A stretch of 64,000 bases of DNA from Eledone cirrhosa (lineage: Eukaryota). Shown piece by piece: positions 1 to 14,891 of this stretch (its first letter is position 1; each line of letters opens with the position of its first letter). Made by a program: the position numbers and the translations under genes. The notes under the pieces were generated by a model. That model did no database searches. It saw only the letters and a list, made by a program, of their open reading frames with translations, and was not told the DNA's origin. The stretch spans positions 101,928,001 to 101,992,000 of the forward strand of contig OZ024745.1 in NCBI GenBank assembly GCA_964016885.1. The letters are read 5' to 3'.

Positions 1-274
1 CAGTCGCATATATATAAATACATACATACACACACATTCAACACTGACAATTGTGTTGTTGCCATTGTTATTGTTGGTGTTGCTGCTGTTGTTGTTATAT
101 ATATATATATATATTCAGAAGACCCCATTAAGGTTGAAACCAGCGATTCTTTGCTTAAACTTTAATCTGTTCTTATAATTGTTCTACGAGTTTATATATA
201 TTTTATATATATATAATCCTTATCGAGCCCTCTTCGGATTTTAGTCTTCACATTTATTATTACTATTATTATAC

Positions 275-329
<55 letters not shown>

Positions 330-627
330 ATAACACTTAATTTTAAATCTTTAATTTTTATTTCTTTTTAACTGTAATACTCAACAACATTTGATAAGAT
401 GGATTTCACTGATACATCGAAACTCGTTATATTTTATATATTTTATATACATTCTAAAACTCTTTTTTTTAAAAAGAATTGTACCTCTCACTTATTTCAA
501 TAATGTCACTTTGATGTATTAAAGAAGAAAAAATGAAAAACAGATCTTTTAAATATACTTTTTGTGCTATTTCCAATTCCACTTTTTCTCTATAACCTCT
601 GTTTTGTATAGAACTTCACTCCTTTTT

Positions 628-661
<34 letters not shown>

Positions 662-666
<5 letters not shown>

Positions 667-1065
667 GAAACAAATGAGGTCGTGTAGGTGTCATGACAAA
701 AAAAACACACAGTCCACGCTGTAATGTGGCCGTGTAAGTAACACGGTAAAAACCTCCCAGTCCACACTGTAAACGTGGTTGGTGTTGGGAAGGGCACCCA
801 GCCGTAGAAAACCCACCAGACGTGTAGGTGTCACGACAATAAAACACACAGTCCACGCTGTAATGTGGCCGTGTAAGTAACATGGTAAAAACCTCCCAGT
901 CCGCACTGTAAACGTGGTTGGTGTTAGGAAGGGCATCCAGCCGTAGAAAACCCGCCAGAGTGTCCTGAGCAAGACAACCAATCTTGCCTCAAGTGGGACA
1001 ATTCCCGTCTAGATTTATGCTAGCGTGGAAAATGGATGTTAAACGATGATGATGATGATGATGAT
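662..1065 (+). mobile_element. SINE family B variant, 5'-truncated, internal duplication
   Basis: GTTAGGAAGGGCATCCAGCCGTAGAAA motif, ~140-bp internal tandem duplication, (ATG)n tail. Confidence 0.8.
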
Positions 1066-1337
1066 GGTATTAGTATTGGTGCTCTGAAATAGCAATGTAT
1101 ACATTCATGGCTGAAAGGCCACGGGGTCTGTATCTTGCTTATGTACAGACATTCATTCTGTCAAATGCAGAAAAGTTGTGCATGTTGACACAAACTGAAG
1201 GATCTTCCCAACTCCTTGATTGGCAAGCTTTCTACAGCTGGAGGCCCTTCCTAACACCGACCACATTACAGCATGTACAGGGTGTTTTTATCATGTAGAT
1301 CACCAGCAATATATGTATATACATTTGTATATGTATG

Positions 1338-1379
<42 letters not shown>

Positions 1380-1967
1380 CGCACAAATATATACCTAATA
1401 AATATAAACACTATAGTTTGTATTAAGTATACTTTATTTCATTTGTAAAAAAAAAAAAATGTGTAGAGATATATATCATATATCATCATCATCATCATCA
1501 CAATTTTACTACCAATTTTCCATGCTGGTGTGAGTTAGAGGATATCAGTTTAAGCAAACACTGCAAATAAATCCTACACAAGTGCATGATACATATATAT
1601 GTATGTATGTGTGTATACGCACATATATATAGAGAGAGAGATTTAAAAGAGTTGAAGTCAGTGTTGCAACATATGTACAAACTTTATTTACATATTACAA
1701 TTTTTTTCAATATCGATCACCTCAGGGTACAATGAAGGTGACAGGGCCTGCCTCTTTTTCGACATAGATGGTTGAAAAGGGAGCTAAAGTTCTATACAAA
1801 ACAAAGGTTATATTTAAAAAGTATATTCAAAGATTATTTTTTCTGTAATCTGCCAGAATAAATAATTTTATAATTCTTGCATTAAATATAACAGGATTCA
1901 ATTGGCATAACAATTTTATCAAATATTGAATATATAAAAAATGTTTTTTCATGTATTCTGTGAGCAG

Positions 1968-2005
<38 letters not shown>

Positions 2006-3739
2006 TATATACATGCATATACACTCACCATCATTTAATGTTTGTTTTTTCCTTGCTGGTAAAAGTTCATTTGCGTTCCATTAGTCTTCTAGACCTTATG
2101 GACACACTGAATCATTTGAGCATGACTCCAATGCAGCAGAATTAGACATGCTACTATTAATTCTGATAACCAAAAATGACATTTTTACACAGTCGAATAA
2201 CTGCAATGATATATGAACCCATATATCTATTTGTAGTCATGTAGTCAACCTGTGATTCTTTTATTATTTTTATTATCAGTACTTATTCTCCCATTTCTAC
2301 CAATCAATTGTTAATTGTAGGCTTTTTTTTTCCTCCCTAAATGACCTCTTTACTTTGCTAGTTTAAATGATTCATTGCTAAATTCATCTGAGGAATATTT
2401 TTGTGTTTATTTCTACATTTATTCTTCATTGCATTTCTTCTTTTCCATTTACCCTTTTTTTTTCTTCCTCCATCCCAACCATTCCTACCATTTCCCTTTT
2501 AGTCAGAGTAAAAGGTAATGACCTTGATTTGATCTCAATTCAATTATTATTTCTTCTGATTGAATCCAAACATTAGATATCAAATGATTTAGTATATATT
2601 TGATTAAATATCAGCTCAGAACCTTTCAGATTTTATACATTTTTGGCTGCTTTAGAAATAATTATTTCTGAATGAAGCTAGGAAAATCTGCTCTACAAAT
2701 TATCTGAATATCTTATCATTTAGAGTAAAGAGATTTAATGTTTTGTGGCAAAGTATATTTCTCTGTTAAAAGAAAATATATACATACACATACTCTCTCT
2801 CTCTCTCTCTCCTATGGGCACATAGGCTGGATATGCTTTAAGGCAATATTATATAGCTGGGTTTCCTTCCTAATGCCAACTCTTATGGGGGGCTTTTTAC
2901 AACAATTTAGGGACACTATTGTTCCAAACCAAACACAAAGAACTAATGAAAAATCCTTAATGTAAAAGACCAAATTTAAACTCAGCTATGTTTTTAATAT
3001 ATGTTTTGAAAGAAAACCTGTTTACCATTTCTCACACACATATACATCATCATAATTTTACATGCACCTACATTACTGGCATAAGTTGGATGGATTGTTA
3101 CAGTTTGAGTCTTGACATGTCAGAGAGACCTCATCTTTCTCATATGTACCATATTTGGCATTATTTTTATGGCTGAATATCCTTCCTGACACCATGATGT
3201 ACTGGCTTCATCCTATCATGTTACTGGAACTCATAAAGTTGTCATATGCATAGGCAGGCTTAAAAGTCCTCTCTACCCTATATTACCTACATTTGGTCAC
3301 CCATCACATTACAGAGTGTACTGGGTGCATTCTATCTTGGCACCAATGCTAGAGAGGCTATCTTATGGGCAGCCATACTGAAGAATTCTCTCTCTCTTCT
3401 ATAGTCTGTTCGACTGCCAATCCCATTACAGTGTACTAGATGCATTCTATCTTAGCACTAAGGCTGCTTTAATGTGTTCACTCGGCCCTTTACAGTGAGG
3501 AGGGGAATGGTATCAATTGTGTTTCATTGTGCCTGAGGCCATCTCGTCCACTGCTCACTAAGGACTTTCTCCTCTCCATGTAGTCTCTGATCTCGTACCA
3601 TATTCATGTTTTAGTGCAGAATGCATGTAGTACAGAAAATTGCTAGTCAACTTGATCTTGGGGCATCTCCTTCGTAAGGTCATTCTTCACACTATTATCC
3701 CATGTATTCACATGTGCATGTGTTTATATCCTCATCATC

Positions 3740-3989
3740 AGTCCCTTGACTTCTGTAGTTATCGGGGGGGATCCTAGGGCAGGAACAGCACACACTGAAA
3801 ATAGTCTATCAACGGCGGCCATCTTCAAATCTGGTGTCGTCATTTGCGTTCATTCTTTGACATTGTCCAACCAGAGTTTTGTGTTGGCATCCCCTCCTGC
3901 ATCATCCACCTTCAATGGTGCCTTGCATGATGGTCTTGCACAGTCTGTCATGTCATGTGACTTGGCCAAACCATGCCAATTTCCTCCTC

Positions 3990-3990
<1 letters not shown>
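3740..3990 (-). mobile_element. RTE-like LINE 3' fragment (second family)
   Basis: Minus-strand remnants resembling WFGHV...TIMQG...WLDNVKEW. Confidence 0.55.
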
Positions 3991-4530
<540 letters not shown>

Positions 4531-6142
4531 TATCATTTAAAATTGGATATTGTATAACAAATAATTCTCTTGTTTATATTTGATCCACTTCTTTATTGTA
4601 CACAGCTGAATTTGCAGAATTTAATTAAAATTATAAAATCCTAATATACATATTTGTCTAATTAATGAAGGGATAATCTTTGAATAAATCTCCAATAACT
4701 AAAATAAACAAAATAGTGACATCATCATCATCATTGTCATATTAATGTCCATTTTCTGGGCAAGCAAGAGTTTTTTTACATAAAGAAAAATGTATTCATT
4801 TTGTCTCCTATTTTTCTTTAATATAAATATATTAGGCATGGCTTTGTGGTAAAGCAGTTTAGTTTGTAATCACTTAGTTCCAGGTGTAGTTCCACTCTGC
4901 AGCACCTTTCACGAGGGCCTTCCTTCTACAATAGCCTCAGAGCATTCTAAAACTTGTGAATGAAATGAATTGTATTGAAGTACATTTGTTGGACTCTATT
5001 CTTGAGTGGTATACTTAATTTGTTGCCTAGTTTAACCCAACTACCACCTGGACTTGGGTGCCTTTAATAGAATCCACTCTGTTGCAAGTATTTGGACCAG
5101 GTTTCTCATTTTTAAATAATGCTGTTTCCTACTGCAGCAACCCATTTGTTGTATTTTCTCTCTCTCCCTTTCCCCAGAATCTGTGTAAGCTCTGCCTAAG
5201 GTCAAGGTCATGGCTGTTGTCCTTCCTCCACAAAGCCATCAAAATTCATTATCTATCTTCAATGTTTTTAAGATTGAGAAATTTAAAATTTTATCTCATG
5301 AGGTTATCTTTCTAAAGTAGGTTTTAACACAGAATCTTATTCTGATTTCTCATCCCATTTTCAATGTATAATATTTTCAGTGAGGAAAGATGTACATATG
5401 AAATATCAGTTATTGTTTTTCTTTTCACATAGCTTTGGCTCTGCAAATCCTATTTTTTTATGCATGATTTTTTCCCCTTCTGTAATTGTCTCAAAAACAG
5501 ATTTTCACACTTGTCTTTATATCAAATTTATAGCACATTGTAATAACTAGATTTTGACATTTCTGTATAAATAATTTTTATAACAGTTTTTAAAATAAGC
5601 ACCCTGCATTTTGAGGGTTTCATCTATCTATTTGTTTTTTGTTTTCATAAAATGACATAAATATAATTGATAAAAATGTTACTCTTTTATGACAACTATT
5701 CAAAAGAAAATGATAAATTTATTTTAACCTAAGAACAAGAAAAATGATTGATAGGCAAGTTTGCTTTGTTATAAATTCTCATTGTGTAATTTTTCTAAAA
5801 TTTATTTTCATATTTAAATACAGAGAAAAGAAATGAATGTGTATTTTATGATGAAAAAAATGTACCTATGAAAAGAAAATCTTTTTTTTTTTTTAATGTA
5901 TAGTGAAAACCATTTGTAGTATAAACAAGCTCAGGTAAATTTGTCAATGATGTCAACAGATTATTGAAACTGAGGTGGAATAACACATATGTCACATAAT
6001 AACTTTTCTATATTTCTGAGATGAATGATTAACAGAATTGTGAAAGTTGAAATATATTTTATATTTTTTGTTTTGTTTTATTTCTAAATGTTTTTCAGTT
6101 AATGTTATTTTCTCAAAGTAAGCCACACTAATTCTACATAAA

Positions 6143-6500
6143 AGCAGGCATGGCTGTGTGGTTAAGAAGTTTTCTTCACAGCCATGTGGTTTTAGGTTCG
6201 ATCCCACTGTATGGCACCTTGGGAATGTGTATTTTGCTTTAGACTCAGGGTGACCAATGCTTTGTGAGTGAAATATGATAGATTGAAGCTCATCATATAT
6301 GTGTGTGTAGGAGGGTGTTTCATCTCTATGTAATTGCTGGTATATTTATGTCGCATAACTTAGTAGTTTGACATATAGAGATTGGTAAATAAGTATCAGA
6401 TTTAAAACGAAGTACTTGAGTTGATATTAGCTAAATCTTCCAAGACAATGTCCACTCAGCATGGCTGTAGGTCAACAATTGAAACCAGTAAAAGAATAAA
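6143..6500 (+). mobile_element. Older tRNA-derived SINE (family C)
   Basis: GCAGGCATGGCTGTGTGGTTAAG...GGTTCGATCCCACTG...GGCACCTTGGG. Diverged copies near 4835, 29690(-), 40640(-), 43751 and 49720(-). Confidence 0.75.
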
Positions 6501-9500
6501 TGCATATGAACATTTTCCTTGAACTTGGACTGTATTTGTGGATATTTCTAGTCTCACAGCAAAATAGAGAAAACAATAGATATGAACAAGAAAACAACAG
6601 GATTTCTTATAAAGGACTCTGGATAATGGGCCAATTGCACTAGTTAAAAAACTGCCTCTTTGAAGGTAGAGTAAACATGTTTTAAAGAAATGCTATTTCA
6701 ATATCAGACATGGCATTATCTAATGTTCCTTTGAAAGTAGTGAAGTAATTTGAAGAAATATTACTCTAATATTGTCTAATAGCAGCATCCTTAGACATGG
6801 ACAGGTACGATGGTTTTCACCTGACACTTGCTTTTGGCTCTGAGATATTTTTCAGCCTCACTCCAATAACTGCTTCGGCTGGCTGGCTAAACTCTGTAAG
6901 GGACTGGATGCTTGGAAAGGAAATGGTTGACTCCAAGCATTTCTAAGGCCCATTGATGGACACACAGTCATACATTTAGAGTGGCACCCAAATGACTGGT
7001 TGCACCAGCTACAGGAACTTGATTGTTTGATTAATTAATGGTAAAAGCAAGTTTGGGTTTATACCAAGTTACACAATGTCAAGTCATTAGTGATATAATA
7101 AGATAGAGAAACAAATGTTGGCTAAATGCAAGCTGCTATAGTAAGCCTTTTGTGATTTTCAGAAGAGATTTTACAAGCAATTGTTTAGTAAAGACTTATT
7201 TGTCAAGTTGTTAAGTAGTTTATGAGGACCTTCAAATCTCTGCTTCCTAGAGCTGCATTCATTGACAAGCTTGTGTGTGGACGGACACACACACAAATCA
7301 AGTAGTATTTTTGTTTAAACTTACACTCACTAAAGTCTTTCATTGTAAGCTATAAAACTCCAAACTACATTTCAGTATTGAAGCTGCTATAATACATAAG
7401 TATAATTTAGCTATTCCTCAATACATTTGGTTTGATAGTTTAACAATAACAAAATTGGCTTGTTTCTAATGTGCTATGAAAATATCAAATGAAACATTCT
7501 AGATTGTAAACTGTAGTTGTTTAAGTATAATATAATTTTCAGCAAGCTAACTGTAACTTGCATTACGCACAGCCACTTCACTGCAAGTGTGAAGTATATG
7601 AAGTTCTGTTAAGTCATATTGTCCGTGCTGTTGAAAGATATAGTTAAATGTATTGTCAATGATCTTTTGTGCTCAATATAATTATTTCTGATTATTTGAA
7701 AGCAAGATTCTTTTCGGTGTAATATTTGTAACCTACATGACATGGATAGTGAACAAAATCTGTAAAAGGGAGAAATTTACAATGGGAAGTTGTGAAACAA
7801 TCTGTATATGCATGAGCTAGGTCCAAGAATTGGAAATAAAGATATCTGAAAGAATGACATCTATGAAAGCCTTAAGTGAAAAGGTTAGATCATGTGACTG
7901 CATGTAAAAGTGTTAAATAAGAAACTATTATAAGATGTGTATGAGTAGAATGGAAAATCTAAGGGAAAATCAGAAATGAAATAATCTGGATGAACCTAAA
8001 AGTATTACAATTCATTAAAGAAATGATATTCAAATGTATACAAAATTTTAATACATGGTGATAATAATAAAGGTCTTGAGAATTACCTGAAAAATAGATG
8101 ATAGGGGGTCATGTTTAAGATGTTATAGATAGATACTACTATAAGCAACACTATATGAAAGTCAGTATGAAAGAGTTACTGGTAAAAATATAATAGTTGA
8201 GTACTAATGGCAAAAGTTTATTATATATTTTATTTATTTATATCATCTTTATTACGTTCAGTTAATAAAAATATAGCATGATTAAATTAATGATATGGTA
8301 TCTTATCTAAATAGCCCAACTTTGTTTTCATTTCAATTTGATTTTTACCGAATATGTTTGGAAATAAGTTGGTAGGATTGAATTCTGTTCTTTGACATAC
8401 TATTTTACGCTAGATAGATCAAATATCATCATCATTTAACGTCCATTATTCCACATTAGCATAAACTCGACCATCCTATCATATATTGTGGAAAAAGACA
8501 GTTTGATGTGACAAATGGATTTCAGAGTATTTCTGAATGTTTTAGAATTCTAGAACATAGTTCTTCAAATATCTGTGTGTTTCATCTTTCTCCCACTCCC
8601 ATTAAATCAGAACATTTTCAGTCTTTCTACTTCTGTTTTCAAGAAAACTTCTTGTTTATCAAGAGTATTGGAATTGTTTGTTTATGGATTATTCTGGAAT
8701 AAATCTGGATCTCTGAGCCAAATTCTGTGATGATTTGTTGAGAAATGGCAATGTTGTTTCAAAACAGACCAACTTTCATGTTTATATCAATAATATACAT
8801 GGAGTCCTTCTTTTCTAATATTCAAGTATATATATATTCGAATATAAGACCCTATTCCTCCTATTTTCTGTCTGAGAAATGGACAAAAATTCCAACCCTG
8901 TTTATAAGCAAAGGCAGCTAATCAACACATTATGGTGGTGTTTTGAAATTCTCATGAGTGGAGAAAATAGTTACAAAATTTTAATATTCTGATGTTTAAA
9001 AAGTTTTAAGTGTCATTTAGAGTATAGATTTTTTTTCACAAATCTACTTTGTAATTTTTTTTTACCATTTCATTTATTTTATAAATTTCAAGTTTCTTGA
9101 ATTTTTGTTTACTTTTGGTTACTCAAATTCTGGGAGTATTTTGCTTTTTTTTTTTAAGCAGACAATAGCACCAGCTCCTAAATGTAAGAGATTTTTATTT
9201 AATATACACATCGAATGAAATGCATGAAGAGACAGGAAGCACAAGATAGAGAGAGTAGAAGCAGAGCGAAATAGAGAGAGAGAGGGAGAGAGAGCAAGTG
9301 AAATAAAACAAAACTAGATTGAAAGAAAAAGTATAATTACACAAGTCACTGAGAAAAATTGTCAGCACTAATGTGTTTATGTACGCATGTGTGTGTGTGT
9401 GTGTGTGTGCATTTATGTGTAGGGGATATTTATGTATTCAAAAGTTCAAATAATAAAACTTTGTGGGGATGTTCTCGAGGCAATGCATAAATAAATCTCC

Positions 9501-11147
9501 TTAATATATAGGAAATGTAAAAAAAAACAGTGTATCATTGTGAAATAATCCCGCCAGACATTAAAGAATGTTATTTACGTAGAATTTGAAGTTAGTGAAA
9601 ATTGACAAAATGTTGACCTCGAATATAAGCTACCCTATTTACCATCAATTTTTTGGTTGCATCACTGCTTATATTTGAGTCATCATCATCATTGTTTAAC
9701 ATCCATCTTCCATGCTAGCATGGGTTGGACAGTTTTGTCCCACTTTAGGCGAGATTGGTCGGGAGACCGTGTCTTGCTCGTACAGAACTGTTTCTGGCAG
9801 GTTTTCTATGGCTTCCTAACACCAACCACATTTATAGTGTGGACTGGGAGCCTTTTTACCATATATATGGTAATTTAACAAAGACTCTTCCATGAAATTA
9901 TTATGAAAGGTTTTTGAATAAATATACACACTGAAATAAACAGCTTAGTATTTGTAGACTGAAGAGTGATCTGAGGCAATTTAGTATCAGAAGGATTAAA
10001 TAGGTTTCTATACCTGATATGAGTGAGATAAAAGGGAGAGATTGGCAGATACCCTGTAATAAAATCAATAATGTGGTCAGCTGACAAGCATGAAATACAT
10101 GGTTTCTCTTTCTGTCTCATGTGGGTGTTTAAATGTTTAATATCAGTTGGTGCTAATAAAAGTTAAAACGACTTCAACCATATTGTACCGTTTCAATATA
10201 TTTTTCTTTAATTCAAGCATTTGTGTTAGAAACAAAAGAAAAGAAAGAAAAACATTTTTTTTTTTAAATATCCATTTGGAAAATTAGATTTTTTCTCTCT
10301 AATGAAAAGTGTTTGGCATTAAAATTATTCCACAACTCACACCACCAACACCATCACTGTGACTAACACTATCACCCTGACTATCACCACAGCCATGACC
10401 AGCATTCCCACTCTGACCACCACCATAGTCATCATTACTATACTTAAGATTGTTATCATTGGCTACTGCTACTGCTGCTGCTGCTCCTGCTGTCACCACC
10501 ACTGCCAGCTGCTAAAAATATCAAACAAATTTATTTAAATCACACATAACTGCTTTAGAAAAGGAATGGCATGTTAGATAATGTAATCAATCTTAGATAT
10601 TCTTTATCAAGGAAAGAGAAAAGTTAGGATGCTCATGGATGTAACGTCTTTGGTCTGATGTCTGCTTGATCAAGACTGATTTGAGACTAAACAACAAAAA
10701 CAGCAACAGTCTCCACACTGCTATACAACATTGCTTTTCTACAAAATTGTTTTTTTTATTTTCCATTATCAAATAAACATTTTTGTTGAAGCATTTAATA
10801 AATCTCCTCTTGTTTCACATCATTAGATATGATAAATTGACTAATAACCTAATACAAAACTGTAAAAAAGCAATACATTAATTGATAACATTACATTCTC
10901 ATGTCCTTTGTAAAATATCTGAAATGCTTTTTTAAAAGGCATGAAGGTGTTTTCACAGACAGAATACCATTGATAATTGTCTGCTTTAACTGAGCTTATC
11001 TGGGACTGAAAACAAAATAACAAAAGATTGAAATATTAAGTTAACAACATTACAATATTTCCAATTTATCATACTCCAAAATATTATCTTCCTTTTTATC
11101 CTTTCAATGAATTGTCTGTGGGTATCTGGCTTAGAATAAATACTTAA

Positions 11148-11365
11148 CCCTTTAGCATTTAAACTGACTATATCTAGCCAGAATTATCTCACCTCTTTCT
11201 GTTCAAACCGACCTTAACTGGCTGCCTATACTGACATTAAGGTATTGTTCTTAAAATAAATATCAACATTTTGTAGCTTCGACATTATGGGAGATAATTA
11301 TGTAAGATAAAGCCTTTAACACAAAAATACAATAGCATATATAGAATAATGTAAATGCTAAAGGG
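11148..11365. mobile_element. piggyBac-type MITE
   Basis: TTAA|CCCTTTAGCATTTA ... TAAATGCTAAAGGG|TTAA. Related ends near 45375-45398 and 59282. Confidence 0.85.
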
Positions 11366-11606
11366 TTAAACTGCTTTCTTGCATATTGTGAGGGACTAAA
11401 AGAGTTAGCCACAGGAAAGGTTCTAACTGAAAAAAATGATGCCTTTAAAAAAGGATTACTATTATGAAATCTGTTATGCAGCTCGCAAGGCTGTAAAACG
11501 TGTTGTTGTTGTTTATATTCAATAAATCTTTTCGCAACATTTACAACCTCTATGGAAATAAAGAAAGTGTTATTAATGAAGGACTGATAATATTATTTTC
11601 AAAGTG

Positions 11607-12038
11607 GCAGTGAATTGGTAGTATCGGTAGAGGGTCGGACGCCATGCTTTGACGCATAGAGTTATGGCCCTTGCCATTCTGAGTTCAAATCCCGCCGATG
11701 TCATATTATTATACCCCCTCAGGGCTTTGTAATTAAGGACTTTGCTATCTGAATATCTGCCTCTGATGAACTCCTCTGGGCGAAACACATGTAAGAGCTA
11801 TATAAAGATATGTTTTAACGGCTTGTAACTCTTTCATTCACTCATTGTTTTGCTTGGTGGATTGGCAGTATCGGTAGAGGGTCGGACGCCATGCTTTGAC
11901 GCATAGAGTTACGGTCCTTGCCATTCTGAGTTCAAATGCCGCCGAGGTTAACTTTGCCTTTCATCCTTACGGGGTCGATAAAATAAAGTACCAGTAATAC
12001 ACTGGGAAATTGCTGGCCTTGTGCCAAAAGTAGAAACA
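11607..12038 (+). mobile_element. Chimeric insertion: SINE-A 5' part + hammerhead-bearing unit + full SINE-A
   Basis: Flanked by an 18-bp TSD AATATTATTTTCAAAGTG (11589-11606 and 12039-12056). The internal part matches ~25780-26121. Confidence 0.85.
11759..11798 (+). ncRNA. Type I hammerhead motif (copy of 25842-25881)
   Basis: GCCT CTGATGA a CTC ctct GGG c GAAA CACATG TA^ AGaGC. Confidence 0.6.
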
Positions 12039-12178
12039 AATATTATTTTCAAAGTGAATGAAACTGAAATGAGGGCTTGCACACAAATGTGTGTGTGTGT
12101 ATTTTCCATAGACTATGCATACTTATAAGAATTATATTGACATGAAAGTATGTACACACACACATACATATATGTGTG

Positions 12179-12235
<57 letters not shown>

Positions 12236-12532
12236 AATTCAATACATAAAAGAAATATAAAATTATATGTTGCATATAAATATAGCTGTTTCTATATAAT
12301 GTTTTATTTCAGTTATAATTTTTTTTTACTATTTTATAGCTACAATGTTTTTTTTTATTATTATCAAACTTGTATTAAATTGAAATCAATCACAAGCCCA
12401 GACTACGATTGATAACACTGCTACGGTCGATAAAAAACCTCAACATATAATCACTAAAAAAAAAAGAAGCAAAAAGAAAGTGTAGAAATTATTAAAATAT
12501 ATATTTTCCAGTGAAAAATCAATATATATATA

Positions 12533-12612
<80 letters not shown>

Positions 12613-12789
12613 CATACCATCTAACCCATGCTAGCATGGAAGATGGACGTTAAATGATGATGATATATATGTGTGTGTGTATATATATATATGTGTATAT
12701 GTATATGTAGTGTATATATATATATATATATATATATACATACCATCTAACCCATGCTAGCATGGAAGATGGATGTTAAATGATGATAA

Positions 12790-13149
12790 TATATATGTGC
12801 GTGTATATATATGTGTATATGTATATGTATGTATATATATATATATGTATGTATATATATATATATGTATGTATATATATATATGTATATATATATCTAT
12901 GTATATATATATGCATGTATATATATATGTATATATATATATGTATGTATATATATATGTATGTATATATATATATGTATGTATATTTATATGTATGTAT
13001 ATTTATATGTATGTATATTTATATGTATGTATATTTATATGTATGTATGTATATTTATATGTATGTATATATATATATATATGTATGTATATATATATAT
13101 GTATGTATGTATATATATATATGTATGTATATATATATTTATATGTATG

Positions 13150-13186
<37 letters not shown>

Positions 13187-13420
13187 GTATAAGACAACCA
13201 CTCTTGCCTCAAGTGGGAAAACTCCCGTCCAAACCCATGCAAGCGTGGAACATGGACGTTAAACGATGATGATGATGATGATGATATATATATGTATGTA
13301 TATATATATGTATGTATATATATATGTATGTATGTATATATATATGTATGTATGTATGTATATATGTATGTATATGTATATATATATATATCATATATAT
13401 AAATGTGTGTGTGTGTGTGT
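12790..13420. repeat. (TA)n/(TATG)n microsatellite containing a short SINE-tail insertion (13190-13285)
   Basis: Directly visible. Confidence 0.95.
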
Positions 13421-14544
13421 AAAATTGCCTTATTCTGTTAAATTATCCAAGTATTACATCTTAAGATTTATATCTTTCAACAGGGAATTTATTGTGTTGG
13501 TTTGGGATCTGGAACTGTATTTTTTAATAGGATTTTTATATTTTCATTAAATAAATATATCAACTGCATCATCTTCATGACCAATATTTTTTTTTATATA
13601 TCAGTGTATGTTGGTTAAATCTACTGCACAAAATCTAACCAAGTATTCAATAGTTCTTTTTTCTTCATTTGTGAGGCTCAATGTTCTCAAAATTTTTTTT
13701 TTTTTTTTTTTCTAGAAACAAGGTTTCAATTCACTGTTAAAATACATCAGTCCTCCACCCCACCTCATCCCTACATTTGTAGAAATTTTACTGGCTGTTC
13801 AAGAACAAACATTATAACTACTAACAGAAAAACCACCCTGTGGGTGGTTTTCTGCTAGCATGTGTAGTGTGCATATTGATATTAAATGCAAATAAAATCA
13901 TAATTGACAATATGCACAGAAATTGAAAAGAGACTGTGTTACACTTTCTTCTGTAATCAGTAAAGTAATCCTTGATACATTTAAAAAAGATGATATTATA
14001 TATAAACTGCATTGTGGTGAAATGTAATGAAAACGAAAAAGGAGAAAATTAGTGACGGAAATATAAACGTTATGATATAACGATGCAGATATATAAACGT
14101 TTATATAAGCGATGTGATATAGCGTCCATTATAACAGGAAGTATTGACATTTCAAAATTTTAAAAGGAGTGAATCTTAAAATAAGTGAATCTTAAAATAA
14201 GCAATCATTATGGATTGGCAGTATCGGTAGAGGGTCGGACGCCATGCTTTGACGCATAGAGTTAGGGCCCTTGCCATTCTGAGATCAAATCCCGCCGAGG
14301 TTAACTTTGCCTTTCATCCTTACGGTGTCGATAAAATAAAGTACCAGTAATACACTGGGTAATTGCTGGCCTTGTGCCTAACGTAGAAACAATTATATAT
14401 AAGAATATTTATGTTTAATCAACAGCTATGAAATTTAGTAGATAAATTACATAATATTCATTCATGATTTATTCAAAGTAATCCAACTTATTTTAATAAC
14501 GTATTCAGAAAAAATATCCCTGACACAGTCCCGCAGTCCTCTTA

Positions 14545-14891
14545 TCATTATCATCATCATCATCATCATTTTACATCCACTTTTCCCTGCTTGCAAGGGT
14601 GGGACGGGAACTGATTCTGGCTTGATTTCTACAGCTGGATGCCCTTCCTAACACCAACCTCATTTACAGTGAGTGCTGGGTGCTTTTTTGCCATGGCACC
14701 TCCACGACCACTTTGCAGTGGAATGATAGGGAGCCCAGTCCCTATCATCTCATTTCTACAGCTGAGTAAACTGGAGCAATGTGAAATAAAGTATCTTGCT
14801 CAAGGAAACAACACATCACCCGGTCTGAGAATTGAACTCACAACCTTTCGATTGCAAGGCCAATGCTCTAACCACTAAGCCATGTGCCTCC
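14545..14891 (-). mobile_element. SINE family B, full length
   Basis: Near-identical reverse complement of 19037-19385. Confidence 0.9.

Noticed and set aside
114-155. Hammerhead-like CAGAAGA-CCC...GAAA (homolog at ~26857-26895)
   Set aside because: Core is non-canonical in both copies, with no convincing stem I or III; kept only as a repeat end.
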